Part shown: positions 54,720 through 63,714 of the stretch, one piece after another | Position numbering within the stretch: position 1 is the stretch's first letter | How the letters are laid out: each line of letters starts with the position of its first letter | Source of the DNA: an uncultured Actinomycetes bacterium | GTDB lineage: Bacteria; Actinomycetota; Thermoleophilia; UBA2241 | Assembly: GCA_963755025.1 (NCBI GenBank) | Contig: CAVWIH010000033.1 | Location: forward strand, 73,472-137,471 | Reading direction: 5' to 3' | Length of the DNA: 64,000 bases | Position numbers and translations under genes: made by a program | Notes under the pieces: model-generated | Seen by the model: the letters and a program-made list of their open reading frames with translations, nothing else | Told to the model about the DNA's origin: nothing | The model's database searches: none

Positions 54720-55583
54720 GTGAGTCACAGCGAGCTCGACCCCTGGATCTACGACGCCGTCATGTGGCCCGCCGAGAAACTGCTCGTGCGGCGTTGGCGG
54801 CGGCGCCTGTACGCCGCCGCCAGCGCCGCGGCCCGCGCCGGCGTGCCCGGCGCCGAGCCCATCCCCGGCGGCCCGCGCGTGCTCGAGATCGGCGCGGGCA
54901 CCGGCGCCGGCTTTGCCTTCTACGCGCCCGGCACGCAGGTAGCGGCGATCGAGCCCTCCATCGTCATGGCCGCGCGAGCGCGCATTCGCGCCGTCTCGCT
55001 GCGCGGGGCCTCGCGCAACGGGCACGGGCCGTCGCACAACTGGCGCGGGTCGTCGCACAACTGGCGCGGGTCGTCGCGCAACGGGCACGGGGCGGGCGCT
55101 GCCGCTGCGCCGGGCGCTTCCGCTGCGCCGGGCGTCGTCGCGGCGGGCGTCGCCGCTGGGCCGGACGCCGCGCGGACTGTGCCCGGGCCGGACCCGTCGG
55201 CGATCGTCGTCACCGTGGTCGGCTCGTACGCCGAGAAGCTGCCGTTCTCCGACGGTTCGTTCGACAGCGCCATCGCGACGCTCACCTGGTGCAGCCTTGC
55301 GGACCCGGTCGCCGCCTTTGCCGAGGTGCGCCGCGTGCTGCGCCCCGGCGGCCGGCTCTTCATGCTCGAGCACGTGCACAACTCGTGGCAGCCGGCGCGG
55401 CGCCTGCAGAGCCTGATGGCGCCCACCTGGCGGCGCCTCGCCTGGGGTTGCCGGCTCGACCAGGACACCATCGGCCTGCTCAAGGCGGCCGGCTTTACCG
55501 TCGAGCGCCGCCGCGATCACCTGCTCGGCTGGATCGTCGAACTCGAAGCGAGCGCCGGCCCGCTCGGTGGTCGCCTGCACTAG
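54720..55583 (+). CDS. Class I SAM-dependent methyltransferase with repeat insert
   Basis: VLEIGAGTG, AEKLPF, FDSA, EVRRVLRPGG, LEHV. Confidence 0.88.
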   Translation: MSHSELDPWIYDAVMWPAEKLLVRRWRRRLYAAASAAARAGVPGAEPIPGGPRVLEIGAGTGAGFAFYAPGTQVAAIEPSIVMAARARIRAVSLRGASRNGHGPSHNWRGSSHNWRGSSRNGHGAGAAAAPGASAAPGVVAAGVAAGPDAARTVPGPDPSAIVVTVVGSYAEKLPFSDGSFDSAIATLTWCSLADPVAAFAEVRRVLRPGGRLFMLEHVHNSWQPARRLQSLMAPTWRRLAWGCRLDQDTIGLLKAAGFTVERRRDHLLGWIVELEASAGPLGGRLH

Positions 55584-55737
55584 ACGCGCGACGAAGTCAC
55601 GCCTGTCTGAGCGGCGACGACGAAGTCGATCGACGGTCTGAGGCATGGCCCGCCAGGCGCCCACGTCGCAGGCTGCGCCAGGCTCCCGGAGTTGCCGGGT
55701 CGCGCGGTCTGTGGTCTACTGTCAGCGCAAGCTACAA

Positions 55738-55862
55738 GCGCTTCGCCCCCCTCACACCCCCTCTCCCACGCTCCCTGAGCACACGTATGACGTGTGCGGG
55801 ACAGATGCGGGCCAGAGCGGGTGGGGCAAGCGCGGACAGGTCCGCCGGCACAGGTCATGCCG
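55738..55862 (+). ncRNA. Putative structured 5' leader
   Basis: Long bulged hairpin 55738-55833 capped by GCACACGT-atg-ACGTGTGC, then two short hairpins each containing ACAGGTC. Confidence 0.4.
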
Positions 55863-55895
55863 CTGCCGTCGGACTCACGCCGTCGAAGGGAACTT

Positions 55896-56606
55896 GTGAC
55901 CGGATGGAAGAAAACCATTGTCGCACTTCTCATAAGCATCATCGCACTCTCGATCCCCACCGCACTCCTTCTCACCTCTCCTGACCAGGCTCGCGCCGCG
56001 AGCCTCTCCACCCGCCTCACCCACACCCGCACCGCACTGACCCACGCTCGCGCACGCCTGCGTCGCGACCGCGCCGCCTACGCGGCCGCTCTCGCTGCCG
56101 CCAGCGCCCCGGCGGCCGACACGGCGCCGTCGGCGAGCCCCTCGCCGTCGACCAGCGGATCGCCGTCGGCGAGCCCCTCGCCGTCGACCTCGCCGTCACC
56201 CGCTCCCGCTCCCGTCCCGACGCCCGCGCAGCTGCGCCGCGAAGCGCAGCACGTGCGCGTCTTGCAGAAGCTGCTCGCGGCGCTGCGCCACGAGCTCGAC
56301 ATGCGGCAGGCGGCGGCGCGCGGCAACTGGATGCCGCTCGTGCGCGACGCGGCCCACCACAACCGCATCAGCGCCCTCGGCCTGCGCCGGCTCATGACGC
56401 TCGAGTCGGGCGGCCGCGTGAACGCCCAGAACGGCTCGTACCACGGCCTCTACCAGTACTGCTGGTCGACCTGGCACGGGGCCTGGAACCCCTGGCGTGC
56501 GCAGTCGCTCTTCAACGGCGAGGCGCAGATCCGCGCCACCGCCCTCGCCATCAGGCGAGGCTGGGGACGCCAGATGTGGCCCAACACCTACCCGCGCGCC
56601 TTCTAA
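55896..56606 (+). CDS. Secreted lytic transglycosylase / Rpf-like protein
   Basis: Signal peptide, coiled coil, Ser/Pro linker, lysozyme-like MTLESGG...GLYQY...TW...WP. Confidence 0.8.
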   Translation: MTGWKKTIVALLISIIALSIPTALLLTSPDQARAASLSTRLTHTRTALTHARARLRRDRAAYAAALAAASAPAADTAPSASPSPSTSGSPSASPSPSTSPSPAPAPVPTPAQLRREAQHVRVLQKLLAALRHELDMRQAAARGNWMPLVRDAAHHNRISALGLRRLMTLESGGRVNAQNGSYHGLYQYCWSTWHGAWNPWRAQSLFNGEAQIRATALAIRRGWGRQMWPNTYPRAF

Positions 56607-56689
56607 GGAGCGCAGCACTTCGGGCTCCCTCGGGGAGCACGTCCGGCCCTGACTGCCCACACCCGGCGCCTCGCGACGGGGTGAGTAAA

Positions 56690-56740
56690 GCGCCGCGGCG
56701 GCGGGTGACTTGTCACCCGCCGCCGCGGCGCCCTTTGTTT
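56690..56740 (+). terminator. Intrinsic terminator (20-bp stem plus T-rich tail)
   Basis: gcgccgcggcggcgggtgac-tt-gtcacccgccgccgcggcgc-cctttgttt between convergent genes. Confidence 0.75.
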
Positions 56741-56839
56741 CTGGGAAGCGGTCCATCTCTGCCGTGCGCGGGTGGGAGCGGTACCGCCCTCGCCGCGCGT
56801 GCGAGCGCGGGACGCCATCCCTGCGCGGCCGAGCGCGAT

Positions 56840-57883
56840 CTAGCTGATGCTCATCAGGTAGCGCTCGGCCGACGCCGCGGCGGTCGAACCCTCGCCCACG
56901 GCCGTCGTGATCATCTTGACCTTGCCGGGGTACTCGGCGTAGTCGCCGGCGGCGAAGAGCCCCGGCGTGCCGGCCTCCATGGCCGAGCTCACCGACAGGC
57001 GCGAGTCGCCCAGGGCGAGCTCCCAGTGCTCGATGCCGCTCAGCTCGGGCGCCTGACCGATGCTCACCATGAGCAGGTCGGCCGGGCACTCCACGGTGGA
57101 GCCGTCGGTGCGCGCCACGACGACGCGCTCGAGGTGGTCGTTGCCGAGCAGCTCGACGATCTCGCCGTTGGTGACCAGCTTGATGTCGGCCTCGGCCAGG
57201 CGCTTCTGCGAGAAGGCATAGGCGCTGAAGGCTTCGCGGCGGTGCACGATCGTCACCTCGGCGATCGTGCGTAGCGAGAGGGCCGTGTCGAGCGCCGAGT
57301 CGCCGCCGCCCACGACCACCACGTGGTGCGCCGTGATCTCGTCGATCGGCGGCAGCCGGTACGACAGGCCCTTGCCCTCGAAGCGCGCCTCGTCGGGCAG
57401 CCCCAGTCGCCGCGGCATGAAACGTCCCATGCCTAGGGCGAGCACCAGCGTGCGCGCCGTGATCTCGCCGTCACCGTCGCCGACGCGCCCCCCGGGGCCG
57501 TCGCCGTCGTGTGCGCGGGGGCCGTCGCCTTCGTGTGCCCGGGGCCGGTGGCCGTTGCCGTTGCCGCCGGCCGCCGCGTTGCCGCTCGGGCGGATGACGA
57601 AGTCGGGACCGTCGCGCCCCACAAACTCGACCGGACTCCAGTCGTAGAGCTCGGCGCCGAAGCGCTCGGCCTGCTCGGCGAGCTGCAGGGCGATGTCGCG
57701 CGACGCGATCTCGGCGTGTGCGGGAAAGTTGGTCACCGGCTTGGTGGGGTAGAGGTTGATGAGCTGGCCACCGAAAGCCTCGGCCTCGAAGACCGCCGTC
57801 GACATGCCCCGCATGCCGCCGTACATGGCGGCCGCCAAGCCTGCCGGCCCTCCGCCGATCACGGCGAGGTCGTAGCGTGTCAC
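56840..57883 (-). CDS. Thioredoxin-reductase-like ferredoxin--NADP+ reductase (YumC type)
   Basis: GGGPAG, GGQLINLYP, VGGGDSA, HRR, FAAGD; no CxxC; GTG after AAGGAGG. Confidence 0.85.
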   Translation of the reverse strand: MTRYDLAVIGGGPAGLAAAMYGGMRGMSTAVFEAEAFGGQLINLYPTKPVTNFPAHAEIASRDIALQLAEQAERFGAELYDWSPVEFVGRDGPDFVIRPSGNAAAGGNGNGHRPRAHEGDGPRAHDGDGPGGRVGDGDGEITARTLVLALGMGRFMPRRLGLPDEARFEGKGLSYRLPPIDEITAHHVVVVGGGDSALDTALSLRTIAEVTIVHRREAFSAYAFSQKRLAEADIKLVTNGEIVELLGNDHLERVVVARTDGSTVECPADLLMVSIGQAPELSGIEHWELALGDSRLSVSSAMEAGTPGLFAAGDYAEYPGKVKMITTAVGEGSTAAASAERYLMSIS

Positions 57884-58146
57884 TGGGGATCCTCCTTGCG
57901 CGCCCAACTGCGAAGCACCCCGAGTATTCCCACCGCGTGAACCCTCGCAAGCAGAAGAGAACCGGGAGCGACCGGGACGACGAACGGCGGGGGACAGAGG
58001 GCGGCGAGCGGCGGGGGAGAGGAAGCGCCGCCGGCGCCCCGCGTTGGCGTGGCGCCGATATCGTTATAATGACTCGCTGCTCGCCGCCACCCAGGCCGCG
58101 GGCCGCGAGCTCACGCGGGGCTCACTCGCTGGCGCCTCGCAGCTGT

Positions 58147-58238
58147 GCCGGAGTGGCGGAACTGGCAGACGCGCCGGACTCAAAATCCGGTCCCGCTCAC
58201 GCGAGGGCGTGGGGGTTCAATTCCCCCCTCCGGCACCA
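58147..58238 (+). tRNA. tRNA-Leu(CAA)
   Basis: GCCGGAG...CCGGA-CT-CAA-AA-TCCGG, long variable arm, GGGGG-TTCAATT-CCCCC, CTCCGGC-A-CCA; TATAAT upstream. Confidence 0.96.
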
Positions 58239-58287
58239 ATGTGTCTGCGCCTTTTGCAGGATGTTCTCAGGCACGTAGCCATCAGCC

Positions 58288-58306
58288 TTGTGAACACTTT
58301 GTGAAC
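58288..58306 (+). repeat. TTGTGAAC direct repeat, possible integrase arm-type sites
   Basis: Copies at 58288-95 and 58299-306 between the tRNA and the integrase stop. Confidence 0.45.
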
Positions 58307-59499
58307 TTATGTCCTCAGTAGAGAGGCGTGCGTTGGACGCGCCTGCTTCAGCAGGGCCGCGAATTGGTCGGCGGCGTCGCGTTGCATGCCCGGCAGGACG
58401 TGCTGATAGACGCGCATGGTGAAGGCTACGTCGGAGTGGCCAAGGCGCTCAGAGACAACCTTCACGGGTACGCCCGCGCTTAGTAGCAGCGAGGCGTGCG
58501 TGTGCCTTACGTCGTGCAGGCGGATCCGCGGCACACGTGCATTCGCCACGAGGCGTCCGAAGGCTCTCGTGAGGTAACGCGGGTGCAAAGCGGTGCCATC
58601 CTCGTGACAAAAGACGCGGTGGCTGGCCGGCCAGAGCCCGGCCAGGCGTCGCGCTCGGCCGCCTGACGCTTGCGCCATATCTCGAGTACGGCGATTGTAT
58701 CCGCATCGAGGTCGATGACGCGCGACCGTCCGCGCTTGGGTGTAGTTTCGACAACGTCGCTGCCGACGATAGCCAGGGCGCGCCGCACCGCGATCGTGCC
58801 GGCCGCCAGGTCAACGTCGCGCCACACGAGGCCCGCGACCTCCCCTCGGCGCATGCCGGTGTTGGCGATTGTCCACCACATCGGCGCGAGGCGGTCCTGC
58901 AGGGTCTGCTCGAGGAAGGCCGCTAGTTCGCTTGCCGTCCACGCTTGAATATCGTGGTGCTCGGTCGCGCGTGCCTTCGGCAACTTGACCCGGTCGCAGG
59001 GGTTCGCCGGAGTGTGCCCTCGTCGACGGCGTCGGCTAGGGCCTTGTGGAGCGTGGCTGCGATGCGCCGGACGGTTGCTGGCGAGAGCGGCCGCCTTACG
59101 GCGGCCGGCCGCTCATGCAGCCGGGGCCGGCGCTCCGCGTGCGCTAAGAACGTGTTCAGCGTCGCGCGGTCGAGCTTCTTGAGACGGATCTCGCCGAGCG
59201 CCGGCTCGATGTGCTGGCGGATGTGCATGCGGTAGCTCGCCAGGGTGGTCGGCTTGACCTGCGATTCGTGGACCTTTAGCCACCGCTCGAGGTACTCCGC
59301 GACGGTCTCTCGAGTCGGCACAGCCGGAAGACGGCCCTCGCGGGCGGCCACGCGAGTCTTATCTCTCGCGGCCTGTGCATCCTCGGCGCTGGCGAAACCA
59401 CCTTCGTAGACAAGATGTCGCCTATACGGATTCGAAAGACGTATTTATCCCCCGTTTCTGAATGCCGTTGACCATCGCGCGCTTCCTGGGCTTAGCCAT
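58307..59499 (-). CDS. Tyrosine integrase (several frameshifts: error or decay)
   Basis: TVAEYLERWL, TGMRRGE, LHDVRHTHAS, SERLGH, MRVYQH spread over 3-4 frames. Confidence 0.88.
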
Positions 59500-60523
59500 C
59501 GTGCGCCTCTTCCGCGTGACGTGCTCGGTCCTGATAGGCGGCCTTCTGCAACGAACGCCGCAGTACTTTGCGTCGGATCTCCCGAGGTGAAGGTGGTGCA
59601 CATCGTTCGCAGTGCTTGACGTCCCGTCGATCGGTCGCCCAGATCGCCGAGGACGCCAGGAGGCCCAACAGTGATGCGTAGGCCCAGCCAACCTTCTCCT
59701 GTCGGCGTCCCGTAGCCACGAGGGCCTGCGACACTTGGCTTCCGAGTCGGTTGAGTTCGCTGCGATGAAAGGCGTGCATCTCGTTGACGCCCGCCGACGG
59801 ACGCCCGAGTCCAACCTTCTTGGGAAGATTCAGTGCTCGCTGCGCCCGGTCGATTCGAAGCAGCTCGTAAAGTAGGCGCGGGATTGGTTCGCCGTAGGCG
59901 CGCCAGAAAGTCTCCGAGTCCGGCGACCCATAGGCGTAGGTCTCAGGATCGTCGCCGCTGGCGCCGACGGTCGGAAAGAAGCGAAGCCACTCGGGATCCG
60001 TGAAAGGGACGGGGGACGGTTCAAGGTCCCGGCCCAACTTCGCTTCGAGAAGCACTTCCGCGCCTGGCGGGCGAGTCTCTTCGGGCATGAGCGGTGCTAG
60101 GCCTCTCGATACCCATTCGTGTCCGATGCGGCTCGAGAGGTGCTGCCTGAACGTCCCCCCCTCCCAGGGCGCGGCTTTCTCTCGAACGATGTTCAGACGC
60201 TCGAGAAGAACACCGAGGAGGCCGTGCTCTCGTAACCACCGGAGCAGCTGCCCGCGAGTGCGAACTCCGAGCCGAGGAGCCCAATCCTCGATGGTAAGGA
60301 GCGGCTCAGCGAGCATGTTGCCCTCCATATCGTTAAGCGGATTGCGGAGCAAGGCCACAAGTTCCGTGAGCGCGCGCGAGAGGGCGCCGAAGTCGTCTGC
60401 CGGGTAGTACCAGTCGACCTTGGCACTCGGCTTCGGTTGCGCCGTTTGGCCAAAAGCGCTCTCGACAACTTCGTAGCTGTCGAATCTCGGCCAACGGCAA
60501 GAAGCAAAGTCGTCGTTTGGCAT
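59492..60523 (-). CDS. Hypothetical protein with C-terminal CGNR-like zinc finger, coupled to the integrase
   Basis: KHCERC then, in a shifted frame, RSDAKYCGVRC; stop overlaps the integrase ATG region. Confidence 0.6.
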   Translation of the reverse strand: MPNDDFASCRWPRFDSYEVVESAFGQTAQPKPSAKVDWYYPADDFGALSRALTELVALLRNPLNDMEGNMLAEPLLTIEDWAPRLGVRTRGQLLRWLREHGLLGVLLERLNIVREKAAPWEGGTFRQHLSSRIGHEWVSRGLAPLMPEETRPPGAEVLLEAKLGRDLEPSPVPFTDPEWLRFFPTVGASGDDPETYAYGSPDSETFWRAYGEPIPRLLYELLRIDRAQRALNLPKKVGLGRPSAGVNEMHAFHRSELNRLGSQVSQALVATGRRQEKVGWAYASLLGLLASSAIWATDRRDVKHCERCAPPSPREIRRKVLRRSLQKAAYQDRARHAEEAHDG

Positions 60524-60626
60524 AAGTGGACTCCTGCATAGTCTTTATCAGTCCACTAACCCTGCCATCATGACCTCATGACGTCAAGGCCCGCAGGTCG
60601 CGGGCCCGAGGTTCAGGAGGCAAGGA

Positions 60627-60836
60627 GTGAAACGGACACGGCTGAACGAGGGAATCGAGCGGGCCGGTGGCCAGTACGCCGTGAGCCTGAAGACCGGGAT
60701 CCATCCCTCTCTCATCTCGCGGATCGTGAACGGTAAGGTCTGCGCCTACCCCGGGTGGCGATGCCGGATTGCCGAGGCACTTGGGGTTGACGAGGCCGAG
60801 CTGTTCGAAGAGGCAGACGATGATTCGCGCACATGA
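60627..60836 (+). CDS. Cro/XRE-type HTH protein
   Basis: 69 aa, TGIHPSLISRIVNG...IAEALGVDEAELF; SD AGGAG. Confidence 0.8.
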   Translation: MKRTRLNEGIERAGGQYAVSLKTGIHPSLISRIVNGKVCAYPGWRCRIAEALGVDEAELFEEADDDSRT

Positions 60837-61131
60837 GGCCGTGAGCGGTCCAAGCGGATCTGTCCGAATCGATCAGATCCTCGCCATGTACTGCGCCGGC
60901 GAGCGCGTCTGCGATATCGACCTGGCCAGGAAGCCAATCAAGGTCGGCCGGGTCAACGCATACCAGTTGGCGGCGACGGGGGCCTTGGCGGAGGGCATCC
61001 CCGTGCTCAAGTGCGGACGCAATTACAAGGTGCCCATCGCTCCGCTCCTCCGTGCCCTGGGAATCGCGGTTCCTGGTGAGGGAGCCGTGAGCGCGGTCGA
61101 TATCGACACGATGGGGAGGGCCCATGGCTAG
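60820..61131 (+). CDS. Excisionase-like DNA-binding protein
   Basis: GRVNAYQLAATG...IPVLKCGRNYKVPIAPLLRALG resembles HTH_17/Xis; start uncertain. Confidence 0.55.
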   Translation: MIRAHEAVSGPSGSVRIDQILAMYCAGERVCDIDLARKPIKVGRVNAYQLAATGALAEGIPVLKCGRNYKVPIAPLLRALGIAVPGEGAVSAVDIDTMGRAHG

Positions 61132-61964
61132 GTTGCGCACGATCAAGCCAGGGTTCTTCGTCGATGAGGAGCTCGGCGACTGCCAACCACTCGCCCGCAT
61201 CCTTTTCGCCGCCCTGTGGACGATCGCCGACCTCGAAGGAAGGCTCGAGGATCGCCCGCGGCGGATCAAGGTCGAGTGCCTGCCCTATGACGACTGCGAC
61301 GCCGACCAGCTTCTTGGAGAGCTCGCGACCCACGACTTCATCATCCGCTACACCGTCGACGGCAAGCACTTCATCGCGATCCCCACCTGGCACAAGCACC
61401 AGAGACCGCATCCGCGCGAGGCAGCTAGCATCTTCCCGGCCCCGAGCGGATGCACACAAGGCACGACCAAGGTGGCGCCTGAGCACAACCAAGGCGATGA
61501 CGAGCCGGGTGGGGTCTTGGATCCAGGTATGGGATCCATGTCTGGATCCAGGATTCTTCGGCCAACAGCAAGCCGTCGGCCACACCGAAAATCGCTGCGC
61601 CAAATGAATCAGATTGGCAGGAACGCGCCGACGTGGTTTTGAGCGCCACGCAGTTCGCGCCCGAGTACCGGACCATGGCCGAACTTCTCGCCGCCAAAAA
61701 CAAGTCGAAGCAGACCTCGCTCTCGCGCGTCGTCCGGCAACTGTACGAGCCGCTCTTCGAGATCGAGCGCGTCGTGCTGGCCAAGGCCATGCAGTACGGC
61801 CTGCGCGCCGCCACTGCGGCGGGTGCTCCGAATGCCACTTACGTCGGTAAGGCCGCCCGCAGCTTCGCGGCTGGGGGCAGCAGGTCCCGGGCCTCTCGCT
61901 CGCCAAGCGTGGGACCCTCTCGGGCTACGACGCCTGCTTCTCACCGGGAGGCGAAGATGCCTGA
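61124..61964 (+). CDS. Phage replication initiator (frameshifted; end approximate)
   Basis: MARLRTIKPGFF...ADLEGR...WHKHQRP N-terminus typical of phage replisome organizers. Confidence 0.75.
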
Positions 61965-62634
61965 AGCGATCTGTCGCGAGTGCCAGAGCCAGTTCCCCTA
62001 CGAACTGCCGCCTGACGCGCCGGCCTTCGTGAAGGCCGCCATGAACTTCAGGCCCGACATCTGCGATGACTGCGTGGCGAGGCAGCGTGAACGAGAAGGG
62101 CGGCACAGCAGCAGGCAGACCCGCCGGACACGCGCAACATCCCGCAGCGTTACCAATCAGCGAGCTTCGCGGGATTCGGCGCGAGACAGACCCTCAGGCG
62201 AGGGCTCTGGTTGCCTGTCGCGACCATGCCACTGAAGATTGTTTCTAAGCAGCAGCGCCGGTGTCGGTAAGACCCGCCTGGCGACCTGCGCGATCAAAGA
62301 TCGTCCACCGGGCAGCCTCTTCGTCACGACGACCAAGTTGCCGACAACTTCAGGGCGACTTCAACGGGGAGGACTTCGGTCCACTCGAGAGGGCATGCGT
62401 AGCGCCACTGCTGGCACTCGACGACCTCGGCATCGAGAAGCCCACGGAGTTCGCGTCGAACGCCTCCACGAGCTGCTGAAATTGCGCCTACAACGACAGG
62501 CTGCCGCTCATCGTGACGACTAACCGCTCGCCCGAGGAGCTTCCAGAGCGCATGGGCGAGGAGGCTATCTAGCGAACGCGGCGCTGTGCAAGCGCGAGGT
62601 CATGGTCGATGGCAGGGATCACAGGCTGATATGA
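61957..62634 (+). CDS. DnaC/IstB-like helicase loader ATPase (fragmented)
   Basis: CxxC...CxxC N-terminus, AGVGKTRLA, LLALDDLGIEK, IVTTN, VDGRDHR in successive frames. Confidence 0.72.
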
Positions 62635-63052
62635 AAACGACACGGCCGAAACCTCACAAGGACTGGCCTTTGCCCCCGTCTCGAACGCCCGATCAGGCCC
62701 GCGATCGCGCCGCCAGGAAGGCCGGCCACCTACGCGAGATCTGCACCACGGCCTGGCCAGCAGGGGATGGCCGCGGGGCAGGCACCACCCCAGCGGGCGC
62801 CCCAGCCGGCGCCCAGACCAGGGAGAGCAGGGCCCCAGACGAGCCTGCGCGGTCGGTCAGACGTGCGCGCCCTACACGACGCGCGACTGGTAGGGGGGTC
62901 GCTCATGGAGGCAGCAGCCCGGAACCACGCGCGGCAGGCATCCGTCAAAAAAACCCAGTGTGCGTGGCGAGTGTCACGATCCAAAAAGCCTGTGTCACGA
63001 AACGCGCGTGACCTCTCCGCTACGCTGACAGGGACCGACAAGGAGGCTGACG

Positions 63053-63402
63053 ATGAACGATCTTCGAGGGTTGGCGCGCCGGTCGCGCCTTCGCCAGGCG
63101 ACAGAGCAAGGCAGGCGACCGTGACGGCGCTCTGCGAGTACTGCCTAGAGAAGCTGCCACCGCAGGCTCCGGGCGGCGGTCGCCGCCGACGATTCTGCTC
63201 GGATCGCTGCCGGCAGATGGCCCGGCGCCGGCGGCTCTTAGAAGAGCAGGAACCGTTTGGCACCATGAGCAACGCTGAGCTCGAGCAAGCCTGTCGGCCG
63301 GAGCTCTCCTCACTGAGCAAGGATCCCCAGGAAGCTCTCGCCGAGACGCTCGGCCTCATGCTCTGGGCCATCGGCACCTTCCGCAAGCTTGGTGGCAGGT
63401 GA
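63053..63402 (+). CDS. Small Zn-finger protein (probable frameshift near 63120)
   Basis: SD AGGAGG before ATG 63053; CEYC...RRRFCSDRCRQMARR. Confidence 0.5.
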
Positions 63403-63714
63403 ACCCGCGCCTCGCCTGGCGCTGCAAGGAGATGGCCCTCCACATCGACGCCGGCCTGGACGAGTACTTTCGGCCGTGAACGGTCCCGGCGAACAAGGCG
63501 GCCGACGTGACGCGGGGGTCGCTGCCGCGTGTGGGGCAAAGGTGGTGGCCGGGGCGGCGTTAGGTCTAGGTGTCGCAAAACGCGCGTTAACGGCGGTCGC
63601 AAGTCACTGCACTAGCTCTGGGCTGGTGTCGGCTACCACGGTCCCGACGACTAGCAACGAGCAAAGGCGTAGACTGCCGGAGATCGCTGCCTGGTGACCG
63701 CTTGGAGGCTGACG

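Noticed and set aside
58147-58238. bldA-type tRNA or selenocysteine tRNA
   Set aside because: Anticodon is CAA, not UAA or UCA, and the acceptor stem is a normal 7 bp.
61516-61556. GGATCC triplet in the rep gene as origin iterons
   Set aside because: Only 6-9 bp units with irregular spacing; equally explained by a low-complexity linker.
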